A stretch of DNA of 64,000 bases from Octopus sinensis (Eukaryota), in the NCBI RefSeq assembly GCF_006345805.1, contig NC_043003.1:29264001-29328000 (forward strand). The letters are read 5' to 3'. Within the stretch, counting starts at the first letter, position 1, and the number at the start of each line of letters is the position of its first letter. Of the stretch, positions 24,601 through 37,721 are shown piece after piece. The notes beneath the pieces are model-generated. The model ran no database searches. It saw only the letters and a list, made by a program, of their open reading frames with translations, and had not been told where the DNA came from. Both the position numbers and the translations under genes were made by a program.

Positions 24601-26274
24601 TAGAGAAGTTGCCAAGTAATTTTCAAGACAAAATTGAAACAGGAAAAAAACCCAACATATCAAAATACTTGAGATTTCACCAGAAATATCCAACACATAT
24701 ATTAAACATTAATCAGAAGTCTTTTACATGTGACACAGAAATATTGTAAAGATGTGGGCTGTTTTAGTATGAAGCTAATCTCATCAAGAACCATAGGTTG
24801 ATCATGTTGTCTGTCTTGGTGTTTGCAGGCTTCCAAAGCAATTGCTTTATGGAGAATTAGTTCTTGATAACTGTCCCCAGCATGAACCAAAGAGCATTTA
24901 AACTGGCCATATCCAGCCCAAATATTCTGCCTGTTTTGCGTTTAAACTGGCCATATCTGACTCATCACACCTACCCTATAATTTCATTCTAAAAATATAC
25001 AATTACATCAGGGAGATCTCAAAGTTACAAGATAATGTATGCTTAATTCAAAACAGTGTGATTAAATAAGTATTACATTTCACAGAATAATCTGAATGCT
25101 AGAGGGTTAAGTCCATAAACATCAGCGTTGTTCCTTGGCAACATCTTGCAGTGGACAGAAATAAATTGTATTCTGTAATGAGGAACAATGACCTGCAATT
25201 TGAAAAAAATTTTAATTGCCCAGACGTGGCTGTGTGGTAAAAAGCTTGCTTTCCAACCACATGGTTCCATTTTCAGTCCCACTACATGGCACTTTGAGCA
25301 AGTGTCTTTTACTATAGCCTCAGGCAGACCAAAGCCTTGTGAGTGGATTTGGTAAACAGAAACTGAAAGACGCCCATTGTGTGTGTGTGTGTGTATTTAT
25401 GTATGTGCTTGTGACTGTCCCTTTCCTCCTCCCTCCCCCACCCGCCATCGCTTGACAACTGATGTTGGTATGTTTATGTCCCCGTAACTTAGTGGTGGTC
25501 CAGTAAAAAGAGGCTGATAGAATAAGTACTAGGATTACAAAGAATAAGTCCTGGGGTCAATTTCTTTGGCTAAAAAACCCTTTAAGGTGCTGCTCCAGCA
25601 GAGCCACAGTCAAATGACTAAAACAAGTAAAAGAATAAAAGAGTAAATACTGCAAGATGTAGAAGCTGTGAATGATAAATAACCATATCTGTGGTGTCAT
25701 TACACTTTCAAAAGCCAAACTTGTCATGAATGAAAAGTCATATATCAAGAGGCCAAGACATGATGTTATATACATACACTTCGAACACCAGCAGAGCATT
25801 GCTGTCCTTTATGTCTAATGGTATGTACACCACCAGTTGGTGGGGTGAAAATCCATTTGGACAAATACACAACAGATGGAGCTGCTGTCAGTATGATTCT
25901 TGACCAAATTAAGTGCTGCATTTGTCAGAAAATTTTTTTAATGAAATAAGGTCCAGCTTAAATCTTCACCTGGTTCAACAACACCACCTAGTACTTTAGG
26001 TAGCTTAGCAGAGTCCATTTTGTTGCATATGTTCAGGTCAGCTCAGTGGTTAGAAGATGCACTTTTCCTTAACTTCCCACATTTTGAACATCGAATGTTT
26101 GAACATTTCTGCTAGTGTATATATGTGGATGAGAGAAAAAAATAACAAAAATAGGTGAAGATGAGCAAGTTAGGAAATGAGTGAAATAAAAGGTTATGTC
26201 TGTTTTAGTATGAACTTATTGTATAAGAAAGGAAACAAGACAGGCAAACAGTTAAAGAAGATGGGAGAAAATCA

Positions 26275-26675
26275 TGCAGGAGTGGCTGTGCGGTAAGTAT
26301 CTTGCTTACCAACCACATGGTTCCGGGTTCATTCCCACTGTGTGGCACCTTGGACTAGTGTCTTCTACTACAGCCTCGGGCCGACCAAAGCCTTGTGAGT
26401 GGATTTGGTAGACGGAAACTGGAAGAAGCCTGTTGTATATATGTATATATATGTATGTGTGTATATGTTTGTGTGTCTGTGTTTGTCCCCCCCCCACCAT
26501 TGCTTGACAACCGATGCTGGTGTGTTTACATCCCCATAACTTAGTGGTTCAGCAAAAAAGACTGATAGAATAAGTACTAGGCTTACAAAGAATAAGTCCT
26601 GGAGTCGATTTACTCGACTAGAAGGCAGTGCTCCAGCATGGCCACAGTCAAATGACTGAAACAAGTAAAAGAGAG
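26275..26675 (+). mobile_element. Full-length tRNA-derived SINE, family 1 (most abundant)
   Basis: ggagtggctgtgcggtaag A box, gggttcattccca B box, internal (TA/TG)n, gactgaaacaagtaaaaga tail; copies at 25220-25645, 38430-38775(-), 41225-41621(-), 43310-44510(-, split), 56747-57086, 59525-59955. Confidence 0.85.
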
Positions 26676-27006
26676 AAAAGAAAGAGAGATGGCCGAGGGG
26701 CTAACATATTGATTAATAAACAAATAGTGAACCTACTATCTTAGGGAAAGAAAGCCTTTTGTTGTTATTGCATAGCTCTAGACTAAAAATGAAAAGAATA
26801 AAAATTTTGTAGGCATATTGGATAATGTCCAGTATACACATGTACTGTTGCTGCCTGATATGCTAGAAAAAGCAGCTATGTGAAATATTTGTTACATAGA
26901 AATATTTTAAAACCCCACATTTTTAAAAGACAGTATGTCACTTGATTTGCTAGAAGTAATCGAATTTAATTTCTCATCAACCAGTAATGATAAACTTACC
27001 TAGTCC

Positions 27007-27243
27007 TTATGACAGAAGCACTTCTGTGGCATGTAGGTCAACATCTAGGCATGACCAACCAGCTCATCAGTGGCGTATGGTGGTTGTTGTACTGGATGTG
27101 CTGCTACACCCTATGGCACCAAATTATGACAGAAGCACTTCTGTGGCATGTAGGTCAACATCTAGGCATGACCAACCAGCTCATACAGTGGCGTATGGTG
27201 GTTGTTGTACTGGATGTGCTGCTACACCCTATGGCACCAAATT
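27007..27243. repeat. Near-perfect 117-bp tandem duplication
   Basis: ttatgacagaagcacttctgtggc...ggcaccaaa repeated at 27007 and 27124, differing by one indel. Confidence 0.9.
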
Positions 27244-27808
27244 TTGAGCAGGAGTATAACAAAAATTTTCCATTAAGATTTCTGATTAAATTAATGAATA
27301 AGGTTGATATCTATAACGAATTTGCCATTTTCGATGGTCGTGCAGCACACACCTAGCACACCTGGAATATACACCCCTGCAGCTCATGGATTTCTCTTTC
27401 CAATTATATTGTGTTTCTCTTGAGACAAGGACTTTATTACATATTCCAACATGTAGTATTGGAATGTATCTTATCTACATGTGTTGCACTCTCTCCACTA
27501 TCCAGTGTATTTTTGGTGGTGGTTACAACAGAGACTGGCAAAATGAACTTAGAAAATGACAGTTGCTGTTTCTATGTTGGTGGTGAACATTCTGTCACCA
27601 CGTTTAAGGATAAAGAGGTTATTGATGTTGCCATTATATTTGTGGTGGGGGTGTACATGGCTGTGTCATTAAGAAAACTATTTCCCAACCGCATGGTTTC
27701 AGGTTCAGTCCCACTATGTGGAACCTTGAGCAATTGTTTTCTACTCTAGCCTTGGGCCAAGCAAAACCTTGTGAGTGGATTTGGTAGACAAAAATTAAAG
27801 GAGACTCA

Positions 27809-27867
<59 letters not shown>

Positions 27868-28655
27868 ATAAAACTTACTTGGAAAAGATGCATGGCATTC
27901 GATCATATAATAATATAAACAGTATTTAAATACATGCATATATACATACATGTATGTGCATACCTACATATATATGTATATATACATGCATATGTACATA
28001 CATATATATATATATTGCCCATGTAGCCAATAGGGTGGCATTATACAGAAGCTACTACTATGCTAGAAAGCACATTGTAGCCAGTGGTGTATGACAACAG
28101 CCAATATTCTGGTCAAGTGGTGGGTTGGCAGATGGGTGAGGTGCGTGTTTCCTTGTCTTAGCAGTGAGTAATAGTTGTAAACAAGTGTCACTATTGCACA
28201 AATGGTGTCTTTATTTGCTTCCAACCTTCTGTGGAAACTTGTCCAGTCATGGAAAAATATTACCTTACTTGGAAGGCAAGTGTTAGCAACAGAAAGAGTA
28301 TCAGACTGTCTACCTCAACGAATTCTTTCTGATCCATACAAGCATGGAAAAATAGATGCTTAAACAGTGATGATGGTGATTATGATGTATCCCTTTTACT
28401 TTCTACACTGAGTGGAAAAGATAGTGTTTTTAGGACATTGGGTGCAGATGTAATGTACTGGGGTGCTGTATATGTACAGGGTTGTTTGGAGGATCATCTT
28501 TTGTTTTTAGTGTTTTTATATTTATGTAAGTGACCAATGGATGTGATGTGCATACATATGTACACTATTTTTGTTTCTTTGTAATTTATTGTAGGCCATA
28601 GTGGAGAAATTAGGGTCCCAGATGAGACTGGTATAATTCACAATGGATCTTCTCT

Positions 28656-29250
28656 CATCATCATCATCATTTAACGTCCGCTTTCCATGCTAGCATGGGT
28701 TGGACGATTTGACTGAGGACTGGCGAACCAGATGGCTGCACCATGCTCCAATCTAATCTGGCAGAGTTTCTACAGCTGGATGCCCTTCCTAATGCCAACC
28801 ACTCCAAGAGAGTGTAGTGGGTGCTTTTACATGCCACCGGCACAAGGGCCAGTCAGGCGGTACTGGCAACGGCCACGCTCAAATGGTGTTTTTTATGTGC
28901 CACCTGCACAGGAGCCAGTCCAGCGGCACTGGCAACGACTTCACTCGAATGTTTTTTCACATGCCACCGGCACAAGTGCTAGTAAGGCGACGTTGGTAAC
29001 AATCACGCTTGAATGGTGCTTTTTACGTGCCACAGGCACAGAAGCCAGTTAGCTGCTCTGGCAACGATCACACTTGGATGTCACTCTTAGCGCTCTACTA
29101 GCATGGATGCCAGTCATTGAATTTGATTTCAATTTCATTTGCCTCAACAGGTCTTCGCAAGCAGAGTTTAATGTCCAATGAAGGAAAGGTATACATAAGT
29201 GAGCTGGTTACACCCCTGGCATAGGCCACGAGGTTATGGTCTCACTTCTC
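28656..29250 (-). mobile_element. RTE-family 3' UTR with an expanded array of hairpin units
   Basis: (cat)n tail plus repeated ggtgctttttacgtgccaccggcac units. Confidence 0.75.
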
Positions 29251-31129
29251 TATTGTTTGAATATCATTGTTGTTGTTTCTTTATGTGATTTGTGATTAAG
29301 TATGTTTGTGTGTTATTTTGTCCTTTTTTTGTGTGTATTTCATTGCCAATGTTGTGAACATACTGTATGCAACTTCACATATTTAGGTCTCCTGTATGTG
29401 TGGTATGTTTATGTCCTTGAGTAGAATGGTTGGTTATACCCGATGCTTTCTAATGCTGCTGGAAAGAAAGGAGACATTAGATTTGATAAGAGTAGCTTTA
29501 AATCTGTTGTTGAACAAAACTTCTCAGTGATTCAAAAAGTGCCTGGGTAGTTCTGCACTGTGTCTAAAGAATAGCAAACAAATATGTGCTGTCATCTGCA
29601 TATGAAGTTGTCTTTATGTTTTATGAAAGTGTGGAAATTCATGTCAATTATCATCATTGTTGTCGTTTAACATTCGCTTTCCATGCTGGCATGGGTTGGA
29701 CAGTTTGACTGAGAAATGGTAGGCCAGGAGGCTGCACTAGGCTTCAATCTAAACAGAAGAAATATTAAACTTCCCTAGGAAATAAATCTCAAAAAAGAAG
29801 TAAAAAAATAAAAATAATAATATTAACTTCCAAAGGAAGTCAAATCTCAAAGGGGTGGGGATGTTGTGGCAAGATTCATTGACACCCCTGTGGGATTGAA
29901 AGAATGGATTAGCTGAACTCTTATAAAGAGTAGCGTATTGGGTGAGACGAAAATAGTCATAGGAGTCGTTGAGAGTTCATGGAAGTCATTGAGAGTTTGT
30001 ACCTATTGGAGTATCGTGTATAGTGGAGTAATTTGAAGTACACCATTTGAAGACAGTTGTGTCTATTCCCAGTTCGTGAAATCTGTATATCTAACTTATA
30101 GAAGGAAAAAAAAATAGCTAATATGAGAGTTTCTTACATGGTAACTACCACAGTATAACTTGTTCTAATAGCACATCAACGTTTGTGTGGGGATAAAGAT
30201 TACCTCTCAATGAAAAGAGAATACAGAAACTAAATGATAGTTTACAAACATAAAAAGTACAAATCAGATATTTACAGACAGTTTGAAATACAGGACCTAT
30301 ATGCAAAGAAAAGTATCAATAGCCTCGATTCAATACAAACAAAATCCTTCAGTTGAACTCACAAAGGAGAATATTAGTGACAGAATGGAGGCTAATGGGT
30401 TCCTATCTTTGGAAATGGATTTTTCTGCTATGGACAAAACTCGGCAGAATAAACTGATTGTGGTCACTGAAAAATATTGGTTACAAATTTTGGCACAAGG
30501 CCAGCAAATTCAGGGGTGGGTCTAGGTCAATTACATTGACCCCTGTTCTTAACTGGTCCTTATTTTATTGACTTTGAAAGGATGAAAAGTTATTTGCCAA
30601 CCTCACCAGAATTTGAACTCAGAAACTAAAGACAGATGAAATGCTACTAAGCATTTTGTCTGGCATGCTAACAATTCTGCCAGCTTGCTGCCCTTTGGTC
30701 ACTGAAAAATAATGAAAACACAGTGTGGTATATAAAAAGCAGGATTCATATCTTACAGAGCACAGTAAAACCAACATCAAGAAATGTAAATGCTTTAATT
30801 ACATACTTTAAAAAATGCCAAATACTAAAGTAACACACAACACAATACTGGTTAAAGGCTGTTTGCAGCTATAACAGAGATTCATGGAATACCACTGAAT
30901 GTGGACTCTGTAATAAAAGAAGTTTAATTACTAGGGAATTAAGCTGGATGATAATGGACAGCAGGCAGACGACATAAAAGGCAAATTATATTCCGATAAA
31001 AATTCCTATAAATATCCGATGTGGGAATGGAATTATAATAGAACATTAATAGGAGACAGAGATGAGTGAATGAGAGAAAGAAAGAGAGATAGATAGGTAG
31101 AGAGAGAGGTGGGGTGAGAAATAAATAGA

Positions 31130-31229
31130 AAGATAGATGGGTAGGTATGTGGATGGATGGATGGATAGCTAGATGGAAGGATGGGTGGGTAGATAGATAG
31201 ATGGGTTGATAGACAGACAGATAGATGGA

Positions 31230-31261
<32 letters not shown>

Positions 31262-31412
31262 TATACAGTCAGATCGATAGATAAACAGACAGGTTGATAG
31301 ATAAACACACAGACAAACTGATAAATGAATAGATAGGATTGTTTAGTGCAAGGTAAAGTAGAGATGTACATAGATCAATAGATAGATAAACAGATAGATA
31401 GATAGATAGATA
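31130..31412. repeat. (TAGA/TGGA/CAGA)n microsatellite
   Basis: Direct reading. Confidence 0.9.
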
Positions 31413-31721
31413 TAAGGAATAAATGGGAAGAAGGTAAAATGTAAGGAAGGACTAATAGACAAAACTAGGAAGAGAAGCAAATAAACGACAGACGTATCGA
31501 ACATGGATGTATAATAGTGGTTGGGTGTGGAGGATGAGAGGAAAACCTATAAATGCTGCCTAGAAATCATGTGAGTCTGCAGAATATCTTGTTAGGTCGT
31601 AGTCGTCTCCCTCAGCAATTACTTCCTTCATCACTTTGCCTGTTTGTGTCTGGGATGTGTGTATATGTGTAGGCAGGTATTTGTATATGTATGTATACAT
31701 ATGTATGTATGTATATATGTG

Positions 31722-31781
<60 letters not shown>

Positions 31782-32034
31782 ATTATGTATATGTGTGTGT
31801 GTGTGTGTCCTAGAGTTAATATATGTTTGTTTGTATACAAGTGTGTGTACATATGTATAGTTGAAGCAGCATATAATAAGCGCATGGTGGGGGGAGAGGG
31901 TTGCTAGAATGACGTGATATATACATTTAAACATATATAATGTATAGGCATATTATAAGAAACTCAACAAACTACCGACCAATAAACAAACAAGACACAG
32001 GTCGAAACAGATGAACAAAACAATACACACACAT

Positions 32035-32153
<119 letters not shown>

Positions 32154-34235
32154 GAAGTAGAGTAGGTTATATATGCTGAGTTTAAGGGTTAGATCTACAT
32201 ACATTATATATAATGTAATGTGTACAGGCATACATATACTCTGAGAAAGAGAGTGTGGTAGGACAGAGGGAGGGAAAGAGAGAGAGAGTGATGTTAAGTT
32301 AACCGTGACCTGAAGTCCAGCCCACTGAAACTGATATGCGTCACTGAGTGTGCACTAACAATTGTGAGATGTGAATGTGTGTGTGTGTGTGTTAGCACAG
32401 GAGCACTTATGCACATGCAAATACACGTCTTTACACATGCACATACACACACATGTATGTCAATTAGAGAAATGCTTAACAAGTATACAGACTCACATGC
32501 ACACACACACACTCATGCACACATACACATTTCTCCCTATGTATGTGTGTGTGTGTAAACATTCATATATATACACACATGCATGCACTATCATGTATAG
32601 AATAAATTATAGCTTTTATTACTCCCTAAGGAACTCCTTGCGATTGAATATAGAACAGGGCCATACACCAGCTTTTCTTTCCCTGTTTCCTTCATTAATA
32701 CATCTAAGAAAGGCCTGAACATCACAATTTCACAATATCTTCCTCAGCATAGTGTCTGTTTAGTGTTAGTTCAGTTTAAAAAACAACTATGCATGCCATG
32801 TACAATTATGGTTATAGCTCCTGGTTCAATCCTACTGTATATCTTCAGTTTGTGTTTTCTACCAAAATCTCAGATCAACCAAACCATGTTAGCAAAATAA
32901 ACTATATGAGAGACCATCAAATGGATTGCTCCTGTTCCTGAGTGGAGGCCTGATTAATCCTTTTATTACCATATTTCTATTGAAATAAATTGTCTTTTAC
33001 GGAGATGTACTTGCATAGCAAGTGATCTGATCTGAGATTGTGTGCTGGAACGAAAACAATTGCAGTGTGGAAGATGTTTATAAGCCATTTAAGAAACACA
33101 CAAAAACTGTTAAATTCACTTCAACATTTAAATTTAATTTCTCCAAATATTTAGTGGAAGGCTTTAATTTTGATCAGTTTAAAACCTGAAGTTTGTATCA
33201 CAGAACCAGGGTTGCTCTCAGATAAGTTAGTATCAGTAATGAAGAATTTAGTAAAAAAAATAACTTTCTTTGTCATTATTAAGCTGGTCTAAGGCAAAAT
33301 GCTTAGCGGCATTTAGTCTGTCTTTATATTCTGAGTTAGAGTTCTTCTGAGGTCGACATTACCTTTCATCCTTTCTCCATATTTACTCTTTCGGACACAT
33401 GATTTAGGAAGTCCATGTTAGCTTTGATGAAACTAGGGAAAATTTGCACAGTAGTTTCAAAATTATGTCAAGCAAATTGCTTAATTGTTGATGTTGTAAC
33501 AGTTGGATATAATTTTAGATCAGATGGTTTGGAAATTTTCCCATATGATGTATGGAAGTCTTTTAAGCTGTTATTGATTTCTTTAGTTATATAGATTTTG
33601 GCAATACATAAAAGATGCTTGTTTTTACTTCAAAATTAATGAGCTAGTCCAACATCTTTTGCGTTAAGTCATTATTTAAGTCGTCTGTTAATTTACTAAT
33701 TGTGTTCATTGTTTCATCATCTTCATTTAACATCCATTTTTCCATGCTTGCATGAGTCAGACAAAATTCGTTGAAGCAGTTTTTCTGTGGCAGGATATTC
33801 TTTCTTATTGTTAACCCTCATCTGTTTCCATGCAAGGTAATATTTCCCCATGCCCAGGAATGTTTTCCACAGAAGATTGGATAGAAACACCACTTATATA
33901 TCAATGACACTCACCTACAACCATCACATGACATCAAGACAAGTGTACACACACGTACACACACACACACACCCGCACACATGCACACACACACACACAC
34001 ACACGTACCTGACATATTTAAAGTGATGCTGCTGCCATCACTGCCCCACCAATGGAGGTGCATTCCTGTTGTATTTTTAGAAATAGCTATATTAATGATT
34101 TAGATCTAACTATTTATTGAGTTCCTTGACAGTAACAAGTCTTCATAAAATTTGAGAGATTTGAATTTTATGAGGTTCTATATTTTGTGACGTCACTGAA
34201 AAGAGTATATATTTACTTATGCATACGTACATATA

Positions 34236-35490
34236 CCGGTATTGGACAAAATAATGGAAACACTTTAAAATTCCAAACAAATTTATTTTAGTATGGGGTA
34301 GTAATTACAGCTTGGATTCTACGAGGTATAGACTCATATAAAGTTTGAATTGTTTCCAAAGGAATTTTTGTCCATTCTTCAGCTAAAACAGTCTCCAGTT
34401 CTTGTAGTGATGATAGTGGAGGATATCGACTTCTTACTTGTTTTTCTAAAATGCACCATAAATGTTCGATCATATTGAGATCAAGGGACTGTGGTGGCCA
34501 GATAAGATGTTCAACTTCACAAGAATGTTCCTCTTGCCATTCAGTAACAACTTTAGCTGTGTGAATTGATCCTTTATCATCTTGAAAGATTGCGTTTCCC
34601 TCCAGAAATAGTTCCGCAACCATAGGATGAATTTGATCAGATAAAATGCTTAAATAGTCTTGACTATTAATTCTGCCATGAAGTGAAAACATTGAGCCGG
34701 CAGATTTCCAAGATATAGCCCTCCAGATCATCACAGATCCTCCTCCATGTTTAACAATTGAAAGAAGGCAGTCTGGGTCAAATGCTTCTTTTGGCTGTCT
34801 TCACACATATACTCAGCCAGTGTTCAGAAATAAGGAAAAGGATGACTCGTCTGAGAAAATAACATTCTTCTATTGCTCTAGGGACCAATTCTGTAGATTT
34901 TTACTCCACACTAAATGCTTTGCAATGGTTGTTTTTGAAAGTAGTGGTTTTCTGATTGAAGCCTTCCCATAAAGTCTGGCTTTGTGCAGCTCCCAGCGAA
35001 TATTTTTTGTGGAAACTGGGTTCTCAAGGTAGTCATTAAGTTCTGCTGTAATTTCAGGAGCTGTGCTTTCATGATCCTTTCTAACAATTCATGTAAGAGT
35101 CCAATGGTCCCTATCTGAAAGTTTTGGTTTTCTTCTGGAGTTTCATTTCAACAAGGTTTTTCCCTCTTTCTCAAAGGCTATCATTATTTACAAGACAGTT
35201 ATTCTTGATACACCAAACATTTCAGCTGTTTTCATTACACCAGTGCCTGCCATATGAGCACCAGCAATTTGACCTCTTTGAAAGTCCAATAGATCTGTCA
35301 TTTTAATGTATTTTAATTGCCTTTTTCTGATGATATCTGAGAAGAAACATCAATTTTAGCAAAACGTATTCAGCAACATTAAAAATAAATCAAATAACAT
35401 AAAAATAAACAAGCTTTTGACGGTTTTATAGATATTTCAAAATTATGATGCTATGATGTTAGGTGTTTCCATTATTTTGTCCAACCCATG
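34236..35490 (-). mobile_element. Full-length degenerate Tc1 (DD34E) transposon
   Basis: ~28-bp TIRs (ttggacaaaataatggaaacac) with TA at both ends; VIFSDESSF, FQDDKGSIH, WPPQSLDLNMIEHLW; 5' part disrupted. Confidence 0.92.
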
Positions 35491-35541
<51 letters not shown>

Positions 35542-35660
35542 ACAATCAAGGAACGGCCATAATAGGCCATTCACCCACTAGAAATAACAGCCAAAGCTTC
35601 AACCGCAAATAAAAGTCAATTCCGTAAACAGGAGAAAATTTAAAAAACATTTACCCTGTA

Positions 35661-35767
35661 ATTTCTTATACGGTGCACCGTTTCGTCTGCTGTTTAATGG
35701 TAAACTAACCTGATTAAATTAAATGAAGCCAATCTTCCATAGGCCCTCAGATTCTTCAGTAAGAAAT
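35661..35767 (-). ncRNA. Type-I hammerhead ribozyme motif, copy 1
   Basis: Reverse complement of 36454-36560 (one loop SNP). Confidence 0.7.
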
Positions 35768-36154
35768 AGCCACAAGTCGGAACAGATATTTACACGAGGC
35801 ATTTCCGACCCTGCCAAGTTAATATCTGACCTAAAATTTTCAAATCATCGCACTCGCGCCAAATTTATCGGCAGCAAATAAATATAAGCCGTCGATTCCA
35901 TTACGGAATTAACCAGAAAATTCATAATTAATCAATATAGGGTGCCAAAAAAAAAATTTTGTAGAATTTTTTTGCCACCAGCGGCCTAGTGGGAAAAAAT
36001 TAAATAGTCATAGACCATTTTTAAGTTCAACATCAACAATCAAGGAACGGCCATAATAGGCCATTCACCCACTAGAAATAACAGCCAAAGCTTCAACCGC
36101 AAATAAAAGTCAATTCCGTAAACAGGAGAAAATTTAAAAAACATTTACCCTGTA

Positions 36155-36261
36155 ATTTCTTATACGGTGCACCGTTTCGTCTGCTGTTTAATGGTAAACT
36201 AACCTGATTAAATTAAATCAAGCCAATCTTCCATAGGCCCTCAGATTCTTCAGTAAGAAAT
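36155..36261 (-). ncRNA. Type-I hammerhead ribozyme motif, copy 2
   Basis: 494 nt from copy 1, same orientation. Confidence 0.7.
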
Positions 36262-36453
36262 AGCCACAAGTCGGAACAGATATTTACACGAGGCATTTCC
36301 GACCCTGCCAAGTTAATATCTGACCTAAAATTTTCAATTTTATTTGCTGCCGATAAATTTGGCGCGAGTGCGATGATTTGAAAATTTTAGGTCAGATATT
36401 AACTTGGCAGGGTCGGAAATGCCTCGTGTAAATATCTGTTCCGACTTGTGGCT

Positions 36454-36560
36454 ATTTCTTACTGAAGAATCTGAGGGCCTATGGAAGATTGGCTTGATTT
36501 AATTTAATCAGGTTAGTTTACCATTAAACAGCAGACGAAACGGTGCACCGTATAAGAAAT
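36454..36560 (+). ncRNA. Type-I hammerhead ribozyme motif, copy 3
   Basis: atttctta-CTGAAGA-atctg...cagac-GAAA-cggtgcaccg-TA-taagaaat; 8-bp stem I, palindromic stem III. Confidence 0.75.
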
Positions 36561-36854
36561 TACAGGGTAAATGTTTTTTAAATTTTCTCCTGTTTACGGA
36601 ATTGACTTTTATTTGCGGTTGAAGCTTTGGCTGTTATTTCTAGTGGGTGAATGGCCTATTATGGCCGTTCCTTGATTGTTGATGTTGAACTTAAAAATGG
36701 TCTATGACTATTTAATTTTTTCCCACTAGGCCGCTGGTGGCAAAAAAATTCTACAAAATTTTTTTTTGGCACCCTATATTGATTAATTATATATATATAT
36801 ATATATTATATTATATTATATTATATTATATTATATATATGTATGCATGTATGT

Positions 36855-36978
36855 ATGAGGGGGTGCTGAAAAATTCCTGGCTTTTAGGGTATCAGGAAAG
36901 CCCAACCTTCCATGTTCTTTTACAGGGCTTAGAAGAAGTGAAGGGCCATTGCAATAAGTGTGTGAATCTGAGAGGACC
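36855..36978 (+). mobile_element. Small internally deleted mariner remnant
   Basis: TIR-like tatgagggggtgctgaaaaattcctggc and a transposase C-terminus-like HCNKCVNLRG. Confidence 0.45.
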
Positions 36979-37005
36979 CTCATGTACACACACACACACA
37001 CACAC

Positions 37006-37053
<48 letters not shown>

Positions 37054-37242
37054 GAAGAAAAGAAAAAAGGATTTAAAAATCCAGTCAAACATCAATAAAG
37101 CCCTTGGTTTTAAACAAATTTGGTTAATAAATGCAAGTAGAATACACGTCTAAAGTCATTTCTCATGTATGACAAGTAGATCCAAATATCATTTAGAAGA
37201 ATTTCAAGAAATTCAGTGTTTTAGACAACAAAAATGCGGTTA

Positions 37243-37721
37243 GAGAAAATCACATTTTTAATTGTTGAATTCAGCATACAAAGCTGACAATAGCTTCTGT
37301 TGTATCAACATATTTAGATACAGAAAATATCATTCAAATTAGTATATCCGGATATACATGCTAACACAATGTTTTCAAGGTGATCCAAAATTAGATAAAT
37401 ACAAAGTGAACTAAGAAAATATTTCCAGTACACAAACACCAACAAAAGAATGTTAAGAAGAAATATAGTCTAAGAGTTGAAATCGAAAATAGCTTTTCTT
37501 AGATTATGTTTCTGCTCATCATTCTTTTTGTATGCATTTGTGTACTGGAGATAAGTCCACTTTGAATTGAATTAATTTTGGATTGCCTTGAAGATGTGTT
37601 AACATGTATTTTCAGATACATTATCTATATCTAACTATATCTATATCTAAATATACTGATGCAACAGAAACGATTGTCAGCTTTGTATGGTGAATTCAAC
37701 AATTAAAGATGTGATTTTCTC
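37243..37721. repeat. Old ~480-bp imperfect palindrome (fold-back)
   Basis: 37243-37320 pairs with 37644-37721, 37376-37400 with 37571-37592, and 37425-37475 with 37497-37549. Confidence 0.8.

Larger units (their letters stand above)
35538..36790. mobile_element. Hammerhead-bearing tandem + inverted repeat element in (TA)n (Penelope-like pLTR / retrozyme-like)
   Basis: 494-bp unit 35538-36031, partial second unit 36032-36337, inverted copy ~36339-36790; almost identical; (TA)n on both sides; no convincing ORF. Confidence 0.85.

Noticed and set aside
25690-26100. Possible hAT transposase remnant (TTDGAA-like)
   Set aside because: Too degraded to support by eye
28820-29050. CRISPR-like repeat-spacer appearance
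   Set aside because: Eukaryotic DNA with no cas genes; the units belong to an RTE 3' UTR and the spacers resemble each other
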